64,000 nt of DNA from an uncultured delta proteobacterium. Lineage in GTDB: Bacteria; Desulfobacterota; Binatia; UBA9968. The notes beneath the pieces are model-generated. The model saw only the letters and a list, made by a program, of their open reading frames with translations, was not told the origin of the DNA and made no database searches. The stretch lies in NCBI GenBank assembly GCA_963847445.1, contig CAWJZV010000024.1:160001-224000 (forward strand), read 5' to 3'. Shown here piece after piece: positions 41,390 to 55,634 of this stretch. Numbering within the stretch: the stretch's first letter is position 1; every line of letters begins with the position of its first letter. Made by a program: the position numbers and the translations under genes.

Positions 41390-42195
41390 CTACCAGCCCA
41401 GCATGTCCTGCATCCCGTACAATCCGGGCTTTTGCCGCGCCAACCATTGCGCCGCGCGGATGGCGCCGTGGGCGAAGGTGTCGCGGCTGTGGGCGCGATG
41501 GATAAATTCAAGCCGCTCGCCAATGCCGCCAAAAATAACCGTGTGCTCACCGACGATATCACCGGCGCGAACCGACAAGAGAGCTATTTCTTTTTTGCTG
41601 CGCGCGCCGACCATGCCCTTGCGGCCGTTGATGCCGACTTTGTTTAGATCGCGATTGAGCGCAGTGGCGACCGAGCGGCCCAGCGCCAAAGCCGTGCCGC
41701 TGGGCGCGTCTTTCTTGAAGCGGTGATGCGCTTCGACGATCTCGACGTCATAGTCGTCGCCAAGCATCTTGGCGGCTTTGCCTAAAAGCGCAACCAAGAC
41801 ATTCACACCCAAACTGGTGTTCGCCGACAATAATGTCGGAGTTCGCCGGGCCAGCCGCTTGACGGCGCTCAACTGTTTGGTATCGAAGCCGGTGGTCGCA
41901 ATGACGATGGGGATGCGCAGCTTCGCCGCGGCTGTTAGAAAACCGAGGGAAGCTTCCGGGTTGGTAAAATCGATGATCACTGAGTTGGTTTTGAGCGCGG
42001 GTGCGATCCGTTCGCTGACGGTAACGCCAAGCTTGCCGAATACCGGAGATTTCGCCGGCATCCTTGCCGATGCGCTTGCTTCCTGGCTCTATCGATGGCG
42101 GCAACGACTTCGATACCAGCGGACTGCTGCACCGCGCGGATCACCGCGCCGCCCATGCGCCCGCCGACACCGCAAACGATAATTCCCAGTGCCAT
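41390..42195 (-). CDS. dapB: 4-hydroxy-tetrahydrodipicolinate reductase (frameshift near 42085)
   Basis: GVGGRMG, IDFT, EAHHRFKKDAPSGTA. Confidence 0.93.
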
Positions 42196-43081
42196 CTAGT
42201 TTTGCAGCAGCCCAAAATCGCCGAGGGCTACTTTTAGGCGCTGCAAATTGCCCTCAGCCATCGGCGTCATCGGCAAACGCAGTTCGCCGCTGCACTTGCC
42301 CATCAGCGCCAGCGCGGTTTTCACCGGGATCGGGTTGGTTTCGATGAACAGGCTGCGGATCAGCGGAATCAGTTGGAATTGCAAGTCTTGCGCGGCCTCG
42401 TCCCATCTGCCTGCCAGACAAGCTGCGGCAAGTTGCGCGGTCTGCTTCGGCGCGACGTTGGCGCAACCGTCGAGATCACGCCCTTTGCCGCCGAGAGACA
42501 TGAGCGAATAAATCAACGAATCTTCGCCGGAGTAGACCGCCAGACGGTCGCCGCACAGGCGAATCACGTCGATGGCTTGGTCCACCGAACCGGTGGCTTC
42601 CTTGACGCCGGCGACGTTCTTGATTTCGGCAAGTCGCGCCAATGTCTCGGGTTCGATCTTCGAACCGGTGCGGCCCGGGATGTTGTAGACGATCAGCGGG
42701 ATGCCGACTTCCGAGGCGACTTTCTTGTAATGTTGATAGATGCCTTCCTGGGTCGGCCGGTTGTAGTACGGCGAGATCATCAGCGCGCCGTCGGCGCCGG
42801 ATCTTTCCGCTTCCTGGGTTAAGCGCACCGCCTCGTCGGTGGAATTCGATCCCGTGCCGGCGATGACGGGCACGCGTTTGTTGACGGTTTTAATGACCGG
42901 TGCGAATGACCTCGTCGTGCTCGGCGTGACTGAGGGTTGCCGACTCGCCGGTGGTGCCGCAAGGAACAATGCCGTTGGTGCCGTTTTCCAGATGAAACTC
43001 GACCAGCGCCTCAAGACTCGGCCAGTCGACTTGGCCGTTTTTGAATGGCGTCACCAACGCGACCATCGAACCGCTAAACAT
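42196..43081 (-). CDS. dapA: 4-hydroxy-tetrahydrodipicolinate synthase (frameshift near 42900)
   Basis: [43 protein letters not shown]. Confidence 0.95.
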
Positions 43082-43094
43082 AATTTAACTACTC

Positions 43095-43918
43095 CTACCC
43101 GAGCAGAACCGTGCCGTGAAACACTTCCGTCGCCCCGCCGGTCATATAGACGCGATTGTTGTCGCGCCACTCAATCACCAGATCGCCGCCCTTGAGATGG
43201 ACCGTGACTTTCCGTTCGGTGCGGCCGGTGATGACGCCGGCAACGCCGACGGCGCTGGCGCCGGTGCCGCAGGCCCAGGTTTCGTCCGGCACCGCGCTCC
43301 CAGGTCCGCATGGCGCACTTCCGTCGGACTGAGGATCTTGATGAACTCGGTGTTCACCCGTTTGGGGAAAAACCGATGATGCTCGAAATCGGGGCCGATC
43401 TTTTGCAGATCCAAGGAATCGATATCGTCGAGATAAATCACCGAGTGGGGATTGCCCATCGACACGCAGGTGATTTCGTAAGTTTTACCCTGCACCGTGA
43501 GCGGACGATTTTTGATCTCGCCGTCGGCATCGACAGGAATTTTGCGTCCTTCGAGAATCGGTTCGCCCATGTCGACCTCGACCAGATCGCCGACGATCTT
43601 CGGCCGGATGATGCCGGCTAAAGTCTCCACTTCGAGAGCGCGTTTCTGCGTGATGCCATGATCATAGACATACTTGGCGAAGCAGCGGATGCCGTTGCCG
43701 CACATCTCCACCTGGCTGCCGTCGGCGTTGTAGATCTCCATTTTGAAGTCGGCGACTGTCGAGGGATGAACCGTCAGCAACTGATCCGCGCCGATGCCAA
43801 AGCGGCGGTCGCAGAGCTGCGTGGCCACGGCTTCGAGGTTCTCGATGTTGTTCTTCAAACAATCGAGAAAGACGAAATCGTTGCCCGCCCCATGCATCTT
43901 GGTAAATTGCAGTTCCAT
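43095..43918 (-). CDS. dapF: Diaminopimelate epimerase (frameshift)
   Basis: [32 protein letters not shown]. Confidence 0.95.
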
Positions 43919-43939
43919 GTTTGCTTTGAACCTTCGGAC

Positions 43940-43962
43940 GGGCGTATGCAATACGCCCCTAC
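43940..43962 (-). repeat. GTAG-type REP hairpin
   Basis: gggcgtatgcaatacgcccctac between lysA and dapF. Confidence 0.75.
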
Positions 43963-43974
43963 CAGCCATTTCTC

Positions 43975-45254
43975 TTATTGCAGCGCCGGCGGTATCACTT
44001 CGCCGTTGATCAGATCGTCGAGGCTCTCGCGCTTGCGCACGACGTAATACTTGATCGCCGTCGACCAGGATCTCGGGCGGCTTGGGATGCGAATTGTAGT
44101 TCGACGCCATGGTAAAGCCGTAGGCGCCGGCGCTCATCACCGCCAGTAAATCGCCGCGTTTGGGCCGGGCAATCTCGCGATCCTTGGCGAAGAAATCGCC
44201 GCTTTCGCAAATCGGCCCGACGACGTCGGCGTTGATCGTTTCCGCCTTGCGTCTCGAACCACCGGCCGAATCGCCTGATAGGAACCGTAGAGCGCCGGCC
44301 GGATCAAATCGTTCATGCCGCCGTCGACGATGACGAACTTCTTCGTGTCGGTTTCTTTGATGTACTGCACTTCGGTCAGAAGAATGCCGGCGTTGCCGAC
44401 GATCACCCGGCCCGGTTCGAGGATCAGCGTGACGTCCGAGCCCTTCCAAGCCTTGGATGATCGCCTTGGCATAGTCATTCGGGCAGCGGCGGATTCTCGT
44501 CGTTATAGTTGATACCCAAACCGCCGCCCAAGATCGAGATAGCGAATTTGCGCGCCTTCTTTTCTCATCTCACCGAGCAGCACCCGGTCGAGATACTCGC
44601 GCAACTTGGCGAGAGCATCGACGAACGGCGTCAAGCGACGTCAGCTGGGAGCCAATATGGCAGTCGACACCGACGACTTCGAGGTTTTTAAGCGATACCG
44701 CCTTTTTATAGGTTTCGACCGAGCGCTTGATGTCGACGCCGAACTTGGCCTTTTTCATGCCGGTGGAAATATAGGGATGGGTCTGCGGATCGACATCGGG
44801 ATTGACGCGCAGACTGATCGGCGCTTTCTTGCCGATGCCGGCGGCGATCTCGTTTAACGCGGTCAACTCCTCTTCGGACTCGACGTTGAACATCAAGATG
44901 CCGGAGTTGAGCGCGTACTCGACTTCGTCCTTCTTTTTGCCGACGCCGGAAAAAACGATCCGCTTGGGATCGGCGCCGACTTTCAGGGCGCGAAAGAGTT
45001 CGCCGCCCGAGACGATATCGAAACCGCTGCCCTGCTTGGCGAAGCGGCGCAGCAGCGCCAGATTGGAATTGGCTTTCACCGAAAAGCAAACGATATGCGG
45101 CACCTTGGCAAAGGCTTGGTCGAAGACGCTGTAGTGGCGCTGTCAACGTCGCCAGACTATAAACATAGGCCGGCGTGCCGACTTCCTGAGCGATGCGCTT
45201 GAGCGCAACGTCCTCCGCAAACATTTCACCGTTGCGATATTCAAAATGATTCAT
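43975..45254 (-). CDS. lysA: Diaminopimelate decarboxylase (several frameshifts)
   Basis: [49 protein letters not shown]. Confidence 0.93.
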
Positions 45255-45701
45255 GGCTGACCTCTTAGCGGGTAATTTCTACTTCGTTGGACGGCCCGCT
45301 CAACGAGCCGTCGAACAAGTTGCGACGCCACACGGTAGCGATAGATCGTATTGGCGCGCACTTCACGATCGTCGAAACGATACTGTTTCAGGCGCACGAA
45401 TTTCTCCCGGTCCTCGACGTTGACCGTGGTCAACTGCCGGTACGGCACCGGGCAATCGAGGCAGCTCTGGGAGATTTCCTTGCGGAAAATCACAAAGCTG
45501 GCCAGGTCCTTGAGCTCGCTGCCGTCGACATACTCGGTCGGCCGGTTCCAGGTCAGCGCGACACCATCGGCCGATCGGTCTCGCCGCGAAATTGGTAATC
45601 AACTTCGGCGTCACCAGCTCGGGCGCGCGCGGATCGCCTTTCTTGCCACAGGCGCTTCCCGCGAGCAGCAACAGCAATACCAGCAGCCATGCGTGTTTCA
45701 T
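45251..45701 (-). CDS. Lipoprotein with LptM/LppL-like N-terminus and fibronectin-III-like domain (frameshifts)
   Basis: Lipobox [10 protein letters not shown]; located between argH and lysA. Confidence 0.7.
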
Positions 45702-47086
45702 CTAAACTCCCAATTCTTTCAGCCGGCGCACGCACATTGCTTCTCGACGTGCCGCCCAGGGCACGCCGGCGCTCGACCACCGATTCGGCGGAAAGATAGT
45801 TGTAGATGTCTTTTTCGATCTTGTCGGAAAATGCTCTCGGAGCTCCGCCAGCGACAACTCTTCGATGCGCTTGCCGACGCCAATACAATGCTGCACAATT
45901 TTGCCCGCCACCTCATGGGCCTGGCGGAACGGCATACCGCGCTCGACCAGATAGTCGGCCAAATCCGTCGCGTTCATATAGCCATCTTGGGCCGCTGCCA
46001 ACATGCGCTCGCGCCGGACTTTCAAACCGCGGACGATCTCGCCGATCATTTTCACGCTCGCTTTGACCGTGTCGGCGCTGTCGAACAGCGGCACTTTATC
46101 CTCTTGCAGATCGCGGTTATAGGCAAGCGGCAATCCCTTCATGATCGTCAACAGCGCCATGCAGATGGCCGAACACCCGGCCGGTCTTGCCGCGGATCAA
46201 CTCCGGCACATCGGGATTTTTTTTCTGCGGCATCATCGAGCTGCCGGTGCAGTAACCGTCCGGCAATTCGACGAAAGCGAACTCTTGGCTCGACCACAAA
46301 ACCAATTCGTCGGCCAACCGGCTCAGATGGACAAACAGGATCGCACGAGGCCGCGAGGAACTCTAGCAGAAAATCGCGATCGCTCACCGCGTCGATGCTA
46401 TTTTTTGAAATCCGCGGAAAACCCAAGAGCTTGGCGACGTAAACTCGATCGATGGGAAAAGTCGTGCCGGCGATGGCGCCGGAGCCCAAGTGGCAGGACG
46501 TTGATCCGCTCCAAGCAGCCGGCATAACGCTCGCGGTCGCGCTCGAACATGTCGTAGTAGGCCAGCAAATGATGCGATAGCAGCACCGGCTGCGCCCGTT
46601 GCAAATGGGTGTAGCCAGGCATGATGACGTCGAGATGTTTCTTGGCCGCCTTGGCAAGCTCCCGTTGCAGAGTTTCGAGCAGGAGAAGGATCGCCGCCAC
46701 CTCGTCGCGCAAATAGAGCCGCATGTCCAGAGCGACCTGATCGTTGCGGCTGCGCGCCGTGTGCAGCTTGCCGCCGGCGCTGCCGATCTTCTCGGTCAGC
46801 CGGCGCTCGATGTTCATGTGAATGTCTTCATCCGCCGGCGAGAACTCGAACTTGCCGTTTTCGATCTCGCGCTCGATCGCCGCCAGGCCGCGGACAATTT
46901 TCTGCGCATCGCGCAGCGGGAATAATCCGCTGCTTGCCGAGCATCTTGGCATGGGCGATGCTGCCCATGATGTCATGGCGGTACAGCCGCGAATCGACGG
47001 CGATGGACGCGGTAAACGCCTCGACGGAATCGGCGGTGCCACCGCTGAACCGGCCGCCCCAGAGCTTTTCTGTTCGATTTCTTCAC
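45702..47086 (-). CDS. argH: Argininosuccinate lyase (several frameshifts)
   Basis: [56 protein letters not shown]. Confidence 0.95.
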
Positions 47087-47104
47087 AGTACTCTGACTGC
47101 GACA

Positions 47105-47177
47105 ATGGCAATGCAAATTGATAATTGAAAACGATCGGATCCGGACATTATCAATTTTCCATTTTGCATTTTCAATT
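47105..47177. repeat. AT-rich inverted ~7-nt repeat (aattgataattgaaa...ttttgcattttcaatt)
   Basis: Direct reading, between argG and argH. Confidence 0.55.
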
Positions 47178-48377
47178 TATTTTGCCTTCGCTAGTTTACG
47201 CAGCCGCAGCCGCAACGCATTCAATCGAATAAACCCCTCGGCGTCGGCTTGGCGGTAAACCTGATCGGCCTCGAACGTCGCCACGTTGGTATCGTAGAGC
47301 GAGGCGTCGGACTTGCGGCCGACCACCATGACGTTGCCTTTGTATAATTTCACGCGCACCCGGCCGGTGACGTTGGCCTGGGCGGCGTCGATGGTTTTTT
47401 GCAGCACTTCGCGCTCCGGCGCGAACCAGTAGCCGTAGTAGATCATCTCGGCGTAGCGCGGGATCAGCGAATCGCGCAAGCGCAGCACCTCGCGGTCCAT
47501 GGTAATCGACTCGATGCCGCGATGCGCTCCATGGAGAATCGTGCCGCCGGGAGTTTCATAAACACCGCGCGACTTCATGCCGACATAGCGGTTCTCGACC
47601 ACGTCGACCCGGCCGATGCCATGCTTGGCGCCGATGTCGTTCAAGCGCGCCAACAGATTCGCCGGCGAGAGCTTTTTGCCGTTCACTGCCACCGGATCGC
47701 CGCGCAGATAATCGATCTCGATGTATTCGGCGCGGTTGGGCGCCTTCTCCACCGGCCGGCACCAGACGAACATATCCGCCGGCGGCTTCTTTCCACGGAT
47801 CCTCGAGAACGCCGCCTTCATAACTGATGTGAAACAAGTTGCGATCGGTGCTGTAAGGTTTGGCCTTGGTGACCGGCACCGGGATGCCATGCTTGCGCGC
47901 ATAGTCGATCAAGGTCGAGCGCGCATTTAAATTCCACTCGCGCCAGGGAGCGATGACTTTGATGCCCGGCTTGAGCGCATAGTAAGTGAGCTCGAAGCGC
48001 ACCTGATCGTTGCCCTTGCCGGTGGCGCCATGGGAAACCGCGTCGGCTTTTTCACGCACGGCGACGTCGATCTGCCCTTTGGCAATCAACGGCCGGGCGA
48101 TGGAGGTGCCGAGCAAATAGGAACCTTCGTAAACCGCGTTGGCGCGCAGCATCGGGAAGACGTAATTTTTAACGAACTCTTCGCGCAGATCGCCGATCAC
48201 GACTTTGCTCGCGCCGGTCTGCATCGCCTTTTTCTTGACCGCCTGGAGATCTTCGCCCTGGCCCAGGTCGGCGCAGAAGGCGATGACTTCGCAGCCGTAT
48301 TCTTCTTTGAGCCAGCGTAAAATAACCGACGTATCCAAACCGCCGGAATAAGCCAACACCACTTTCTTAACGTTCAT
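47177..48377 (-). CDS. argG: Argininosuccinate synthase (one frameshift near 47790)
   Basis: [34 protein letters not shown]. Confidence 0.96.
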
Positions 48378-48411
48378 TTGGATTTCTTCGAACCTCTGCT
48401 TCCGGTTGTCT

Positions 48412-49387
48412 TCATTGAACCTTGAACCTTGCTTCGATAAACTCAGGCCCTGAGCTGTCGAAGGAACCTTTGAACCCTTTTAGCAGCCAGACCATCACCG
48501 CTTTTTGCGCATGCAGGCGATTCTCCGCTTGATCGAAGGCGACGCACTGTGGGCTTTCCAGCACTTCGTGGGTGATCTCCTCGCCGCGGTGCGCCGGCAG
48601 GCAATGCATGACCACCGCATCCGGTTTCGCCATCGCGACCACCTGGCTATTGACCTGGTAGGCGCGAAACGCTCGCAGGCGGTTTTGCACCTCTTTTTCC
48701 TGGCCCATGCTGGTCCAGACATCGGTATAGATGGCGTCGGCACCCGCCACCGCCTCTTTGACCGATTGAGTGATCGTGATCTTCGCCCCTTGGTCTGCGC
48801 GCCTTCTGCAAAATCGCGGCGTCAGGCTCGTAACCCTTGGGACAGGCCAGGGCGAACGCAAACGGTAAGATGGCGGCGGCTTCCAACCAGGAATGAACCA
48901 TGTTGTTGCCGTCGCCGACGAAAGCGATCTTCAGACCGTCGAGCGTGCCCTTATGCTCGATCAACGTTTGGCAGTCGGCGAGCACCTGGCACGGATGGTA
49001 ACCATCGGTGAGCGCGTTGATCACCGGCACCGCGGCATATTCGGCCAACTCTTCGATGATCTTGTGGCCAAACGTGCGCACCGTGATCAGATCGAACCAG
49101 CGGTCGAGATTGCGCGCGCAGTCCGCCGGGGTTTCCCGCGTGCCTAAGCCAACCTCGGCGGGTCCCAAGTAAACCGCGCTGCCGCCCAACTGGATCATGC
49201 CGACGTCAAAGGTCGCGCGCGTGCGCAGACTCGGCTTCTCAAACACCATTGCCAGCTGCTTGCCGGCCAACAGTCGATGCGGGATACCGCGCTGCTGTTT
49301 GCGCTTGAGCTCAGCAGCAAGTCGCAATATGCCGTCGAACTCCCGGCGGCTCATGCCGGCGAAATTGAGCAGATCGCGTTTGTTCAT
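48412..49387 (-). CDS. argF: Ornithine carbamoyltransferase (frameshift near 48795)
   Basis: [41 protein letters not shown]. Confidence 0.95.
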
Positions 49388-49407
49388 CGAATTAGTGATG
49401 CTAAACG

Positions 49408-50595
49408 CTATTGGCGGGCCAGCACTTTTTCCAGGATCGCCAGACCTCGGTCGATTTCGTTCTTCTTGATCGTCAGCGGCGGCACGAAGCGCAGCACTTT
49501 AGCCGCCGTGCAATTCATCAGCAAGCCTTCGAGCATGCACGCTTCGGCGATCTTGCTGCCTTCGATCTCAAGCTCGACGCCGATGAGCAGTCCCTTGCCG
49601 CGAATATCGCGGATAAACGAAAACCGTTTTTTCAAAGCCTCGAGCCCTTTGACGAAGTATTTGCCCATCTGCACGCAATTTTTGAGGGCGCCGGTTTTGA
49701 GCAGCTGCATCACCGCCAAACCGGCGGCGCAAGCGACTGGATTGCCGCCGAATGTCGACGCATGGCTGCCCGGACCGAAACTGTTGGCGACATCTTCGCG
49801 CGCCAGCATGGCGCCGAGCGGCAAGCCGCCGCCGAGCGCCTTGGCCAGCGTCATGATATCGGGTTTGACACCGAAGTTTTCATATCCGAATAGCTTGCCG
49901 GTGCGGCCCATGCCGGTCTGCACTTCGTCGAAGATCAGGAGTATCCGCCGTTGATCGCAGATCTCGCGCAGGCCCAACATATAAGTCTCATGGGGCACGA
50001 TGACGCCGCCCTCGGCCTGGATCGGTTCGATCAAGATCGCCACGGTTTTTTTCTCGTCGATGGCCGCTTCCATGGCGTCGAGCTTGTTGTACGGCACCTG
50101 GCGAAAGCCGGCGGGCAACGGATCGTAGCCGGCGCGGACTTTTTCCTGCCCCGTCGCCGTCAGGGTCGCCAGGGTGCGGCCGTGAAACGAGTTGTGCGTC
50201 GAGATGATTTCATACTTGCCGCCGAGCTTTTCCAAGCCGTAGCGGCGCGCCAGTTTGATCGCCGCTTCGTTGGCCTCGGCGCCGCTGTTGCAAAAAAACA
50301 CCCGGTCGGCAAACGAGTTGCGGCACAGTTCGCGAGCGAGCTCCGATTGCGGCTGCATGTGGTAGAGATTCGACACATGCATCAAGGTTTGCGCCTGCTG
50401 CTTGATCGCCTTGACGATCGCCGGATGACAATGGCCGAAACTATTGACCGCGATGCCGGCGAGAAAATCGAGATACTCCTTGCCGTCGGCGTCCCAGACC
50501 TTGACGCCCCGGCCTTTGACCAGCGCCAGCGGCGTGCGCGCGTAGGTCTTGGCGACAAACTTATCGGTCAGCGCCGCGACATCTTTGTTTTTCAT
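49408..50595 (-). CDS. argD: Acetylornithine aminotransferase
   Basis: NSGAEANEAAIK, FHGRT, DEVQTGMGRTG, AKALGGG; arg operon context. Confidence 0.93.
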   Translation of the reverse strand: MKNKDVAALTDKFVAKTYARTPLALVKGRGVKVWDADGKEYLDFLAGIAVNSFGHCHPAIVKAIKQQAQTLMHVSNLYHMQPQSELARELCRNSFADRVFFCNSGAEANEAAIKLARRYGLEKLGGKYEIISTHNSFHGRTLATLTATGQEKVRAGYDPLPAGFRQVPYNKLDAMEAAIDEKKTVAILIEPIQAEGGVIVPHETYMLGLREICDQRRILLIFDEVQTGMGRTGKLFGYENFGVKPDIMTLAKALGGGLPLGAMLAREDVANSFGPGSHASTFGGNPVACAAGLAVMQLLKTGALKNCVQMGKYFVKGLEALKKRFSFIRDIRGKGLLIGVELEIEGSKIAEACMLEGLLMNCTAAKVLRFVPPLTIKKNEIDRGLAILEKVLARQ

Positions 50596-51489
<894 letters not shown>

Positions 51490-51526
51490 TTAATTTACGG
51501 GTTATTCCGGGTTTGCCGTGAAAAGG

Positions 51527-51666
51527 GTGTCACCCCGGAGGTCCTAGCACGACATAACCGCAACCAAAATAAGAAAAGTCGGATTCACCACGAAGGCACG
51601 AAGGACACGAAGGCTTCGGATGTCTAATGTTCCGAACTTCGTGCTCTTCGTGTCCTTCGTGGTGAA
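51527..51666. repeat. Uninterrupted caccacgaag...cttcgtggtg palindrome (51584-51666) preceded by a solitary cassette end (ctagcacgacataaccgcaacc)
   Basis: Serves as the empty-site reference for the cassette insertions. Confidence 0.8.
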
Positions 51667-51706
51667 ATACTCTTTCCCGATCTACACAAAAGCCTGAAGA
51701 ACCAAT

Positions 51707-53059
51707 TTACAAGATATAGCGCGACAAATCTTCGCTCTTCAAGATCGGCGCCAGCCGCTCGCGCACATAGGCCGCGTCGATGGCGACCTCCTGGCCATGC
51801 ATCTCCGGCGCGGCAAAAGAAACCTCGTCCAGCAGTCTTTCCAAGATCGTGTGCAGCCGGCGCGCGCCGATATTTTCCATGCGCTCGTTGACGTCGGCGG
51901 CGATGGCGGCGATCTCCTGCACCGCGTCGTCGGCAAATTTCAGATGCACGCCTTCGGTTTCGAGCAACGCTTCATACTGTTTGATCAGCGCGTTCTTCGG
52001 TTCGGTGAGAATGCGCACGAAGTCGTCTTTGCCGAGGGAGCTCAGCTCAACGCGAATCGGAAAGCGCCCCTGGAACTCGGGGATCAAGTCCGACGGCTTG
52101 GCCGTGTGAAACGCCCCGGACGCGACGAATAGAATATGATCGGTGCGCACCATGCCGTACTTGGTATTGACGGTGCAGCCCTCGACGATCGGCAAGAGAT
52201 CGCGCTGCACCCCCTGGCGTGAAACATCCGGCCCATGCGCAGACTCGCGGCCGGCGATCTTGTCGATTTCGTCGAGAAAGACGATACCCGACTGCTCGAC
52301 ACGCCGAGTGGCCTCGCCGGTGACTTTGTCCATGTCGACCAGCTTCCCCGCTTCTTCCTGGGTGAGAATCTCCAGCGCTTCGGGAATCTTGACGGTCTTC
52401 TTTTTGGTTTTCTTGGGCATCATGTTGGAAAACATATCTTTGAGATTGAACTCCATGCCTTCCATGCCCTGGGGCGTCAGCACTTCGATCATCGGCATCA
52501 TCGACTGCGACATCTCGATCTCGACGAAGCGGTCGTCCATCTTGCCGTCGCGCAGCATTTTCTTGAGCTTATCGCGGGTCCCCTGCAGCCGCTCCGCGTC
52601 GATCGCTTCGGCATCAACCACCTCACCGGCAGGCAGCAACAAATCGAGCACCCGCTCCTCGGCCACTTCGCGCGCCCGGATCTCGACCTTCTGCTTTTCT
52701 TCCTCTTTGACCATGTTGACCGCGAGATCGGTCAGATCGCGGATGATCGATTCGACATCGCGGCCGACATAACCGACCTCGGTGAACTTCGAAGCTTCGA
52801 CCTTGATAAACGGCGCCTGGGCGAGCTTGGCCAAGCGCCGGGAAATTTCGGTCTTGCCCACGCCGGTGGGGCCGATCATGATGATATTTTTCGGCGCGAT
52901 CTCGTCGCGCAGATCGTCCGGCACCAACTGGCGCCGCCAGCGGTTGCGCAGCGCGATGGCCACCGCCCGTTTGGCGTCCTTTTGTCCGACGATATAGCGG
53001 TCGAGTTCCGAGACGATCTCACGCGGAGTCATCACCGGCGCCGGCGAAGTCACCGGCAT
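51707..53059 (-). CDS. hslU: ATP-dependent protease ATPase subunit HslU
   Basis: [41 protein letters not shown]. Confidence 0.97.
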   Translation of the reverse strand: MPVTSPAPVMTPREIVSELDRYIVGQKDAKRAVAIALRNRWRRQLVPDDLRDEIAPKNIIMIGPTGVGKTEISRRLAKLAQAPFIKVEASKFTEVGYVGRDVESIIRDLTDLAVNMVKEEEKQKVEIRAREVAEERVLDLLLPAGEVVDAEAIDAERLQGTRDKLKKMLRDGKMDDRFVEIEMSQSMMPMIEVLTPQGMEGMEFNLKDMFSNMMPKKTKKKTVKIPEALEILTQEEAGKLVDMDKVTGEATRRVEQSGIVFLDEIDKIAGRESAHGPDVSRQGVQRDLLPIVEGCTVNTKYGMVRTDHILFVASGAFHTAKPSDLIPEFQGRFPIRVELSSLGKDDFVRILTEPKNALIKQYEALLETEGVHLKFADDAVQEIAAIAADVNERMENIGARRLHTILERLLDEVSFAAPEMHGQEVAIDAAYVRERLAPILKSEDLSRYIL

Positions 53060-53226
53060 CCGTGAGACGATTTTGTAACGTCGTTCATAGGAATTAACAG
53101 TCCTAACAATTTCGCCAGGAAATGCAATGATTTCCCCGCGAGTAGCCAGGCGAGCGATGCACCGTGGCCCGAGTCCCCGCTCTGGAATCTGGAATTTGTA
53201 GTCGGAATCGCGCGCGCAGCGCGCCG

Positions 53227-53757
53227 CTACGGAAGCTCTTCAAAGGTCAGCTGCTCGTTGGTGTAAACGCAGATGCCGGCGGCCACCCGCATGGCTTCTT
53301 CGGCGATCACGCGGGCGTCGAGCTGGGTGTGTTTGACTAGCACCCGCGCCGCCGCCAGGGCATAGTTGCCGCCCGAGCCGATGGCGATGACGCCGTCGTC
53401 CGGTTCGATGACATCGCCGGCGCCGGAAATGACCAAAAGATCGGTCACGTCGGCGATGATCAGCAACGCCTCCAACCGCCGCAGGATACGATCGGTGCGC
53501 CAATCCTTGGCCAGCTCCACCGCCGCGCGCTTGAGATTGCCGTTGAATTGTTCGAGCTTGGCTTCGAATTTCTCGAACAGCGTAAAGGCATCCGCCGTCG
53601 CGCCGGCGAAACCGGCGATCACTTTGTCATGATGCAGCTTGCGCACCTTGCGCGCGCTATGCTTCATCACGGTCTGCCCCAAACTCACCTGACCATCGCC
53701 GACCATGACCACTTTGCCGCCATGGCGTATCGCTAAGATTGTCGTTCCTTCAAACAT
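53227..53757 (-). CDS. hslV: ATP-dependent protease subunit HslV
   Basis: [36 protein letters not shown]. Confidence 0.97.
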   Translation of the reverse strand: MFEGTTILAIRHGGKVVMVGDGQVSLGQTVMKHSARKVRKLHHDKVIAGFAGATADAFTLFEKFEAKLEQFNGNLKRAAVELAKDWRTDRILRRLEALLIIADVTDLLVISGAGDVIEPDDGVIAIGSGGNYALAAARVLVKHTQLDARVIAEEAMRVAAGICVYTNEQLTFEELP

Positions 53758-53849
53758 AACTAATTTCCTGGCGTCGACGCATGAGGCACGAGATATCTGA
53801 GAATCGCAGATCTTCATCCTCTCACGCTTCCATCCTCGACTATTCTCTT

Positions 53850-54758
53850 TCAGGCTCGCGGATGCGCCTTGTCGTACACCGCGGTCAATTGATCCAAGTT
53901 CAAATGGGTATAGCGCTGGGTCGTCGATAGGCTGACATGGCCGAGCAGCTCCTGAATCACCCTCAGGTCGGCGCCGCCGTTGAGCAAGTGAGTGGCAAAG
54001 CTATGGCGCAAACCATGGGGCCCCATTTTGATCTGAATGCCCGCCAGCTTCAAATGTTTTTCGACGATGCGCGCGACACTGCGCGTGGTGATGCGCCGGC
54101 CGCGATGGTTGAGAAACACCGGCGTTGCGCCGCGGCAAGCGACCTGCCACTGCAATCGGACCGAGTCGGCGTAGGACTCTAGCGCCTTCAGCGCCACCGC
54201 GCCGATCGGCACGATGCGTTCCTTGGCACCCTTGCCGACCACGCGAATGATGCCCAATTGGACGTCAATATCGGACCAGTCAAGCCCCACCAACTCGCTG
54301 ACGCGAATCCCAGTGGAATAGAACACTTCCAACACCGCGCGATCGCGCTGGTCGAGGCCGCTTTCAAGCTTGATCGTATCCAACAAATGAAACGCATCGT
54401 CGACGGTAAGAAACTTGGGTAGCGGCTTTTCCTGCTTGGGCGAGTTGATCAACAGCAGCGGATCTTTGCCGAGCCGCTTGGTCGTGACCAGATAGCGAAA
54501 GAACCCTTTCAACGCCGCCAGCTTGCGGCCCATCGAACTCTTCTTGCGATCCGGCGCCAAGGACGCGAGATAAGCCCGCACCACATGAATGTCGATTTTG
54601 CCGGCATCCACCGCGCCGTCGGTATCCAGCGCCAGCTCCCGCTCGATGAGAAAATTTTGAAACTGCGCCAAATCGCTCAGGTAGTTGCGCAGCGTGTGCG
54701 GCGACATGTTGCGCTCATTGCGCAGATGGCCGGCGTATTGTTGGATTAGCGATTCCAC
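53850..54758 (-). CDS. xerC: Tyrosine recombinase XerC
   Basis: [42 protein letters not shown]; xerC-hslVU synteny. Confidence 0.9.
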   Translation of the reverse strand: MESLIQQYAGHLRNERNMSPHTLRNYLSDLAQFQNFLIERELALDTDGAVDAGKIDIHVVRAYLASLAPDRKKSSMGRKLAALKGFFRYLVTTKRLGKDPLLLINSPKQEKPLPKFLTVDDAFHLLDTIKLESGLDQRDRAVLEVFYSTGIRVSELVGLDWSDIDVQLGIIRVVGKGAKERIVPIGAVALKALESYADSVRLQWQVACRGATPVFLNHRGRRITTRSVARIVEKHLKLAGIQIKMGPHGLRHSFATHLLNGGADLRVIQELLGHVSLSTTQRYTHLNLDQLTAVYDKAHPRA

Positions 54759-54868
54759 GGTCGGTCTTTCAACACGGCTCAGAATAACACCAACCTGCGT
54801 TGAACTCTACCGAAGGGTTAGCGACGCCCCGGTTCACGTCCCTTTCAATCCATGTTATTCGTACCCCT

Positions 54869-55625
54869 GTGACGACTGAAGAAGACCTGTCATTTCGCAC
54901 TGCCAACGGCGATACACTCAGCGCAGTTTTGCACCATCCAGCGCGTTCGCCCCATGGCGGAGCGATCCTTTGCCATGGCATGGAGTCGGCGAAAAACAGC
55001 GAGAAATTGATCTTCCTGGCGAAATCGCTGGCGGAGCGCGGGCTGCTAGCGCTGCGCTTCGACTTCCGTTACGTCGGCGCGTCAAGCGGTAAGTTCGCCG
55101 ACATTACTTATAGCGGCGAGGTGGAAGATTTGAAGGCAGCCTATGAATTAATTCAGAGCCGCCAGCCCGGTAGGACCGCCATCTTTGGTTCCAGCATGGG
55201 CGGCACCGTGGCCTTGCTCTTCGCCGCGCAGGAACCGCAAGTCGCCGCAATCGTCACCCTCGCTGCGCCGGTCCATCCGGAGAATTTCCCCAAACGTGTG
55301 CTGACACCCGAGCAGCTCCAGCGTTGGCGCGAGCGCGGCCACACCATCTACAACGGCCAGCGCTTGAATGTTTCCTTGCTCGACGACGTAGAGACAACTC
55401 AACGTGCCGGAGGCCGCGCGGCGGATTCACTGCCCGGTGCTGATCATCCACGGCGATGCCGATAAAGTCGTGCCGGTTGCCGAAGCCTATGAACTGCACG
55501 AAAGTTTGACTGCCCAAAAGCGGCTGTCGATCTTCAAAGATACCGACCATCGGTTTTCGAATCCGTTAGCCATGCGCCAGGCGATGACCGAAGCGCTGGA
55601 TTGGCTGAGCGAACATGTTAGATAA
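54869..55625 (+). CDS. Alpha/beta hydrolase (one frameshift near 55395)
   Basis: LCHG, LRFDF, GSSMGG nucleophile elbow, IIHGDADKVVP, DHRF. Confidence 0.88.
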
Positions 55626-55634
55626 AGTGCACCG

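Noticed and set aside
43175-44449. 424-aa LysA-DapF fusion ORF
   Set aside because: Produced by indels. lysA has its own TAA at 43975 and the junction translates a REP hairpin.
41390-49387. Apparent mass pseudogenisation or programmed frameshifting of dap, lys and arg genes
   Set aside because: Essential genes with intact motifs are broken only by scattered single-base indels, with no consistent slippery sites or in-frame stops. The same pattern occurs at 25-29, 33-34 and 60-63 kb, consistent with sequencing error.
53850-54758. Tyrosine recombinase as the integrase of a mobile element or mobiliser of the cassettes
   Set aside because: Its size, motifs and xerC-hslV-hslU synteny indicate the housekeeping XerC.
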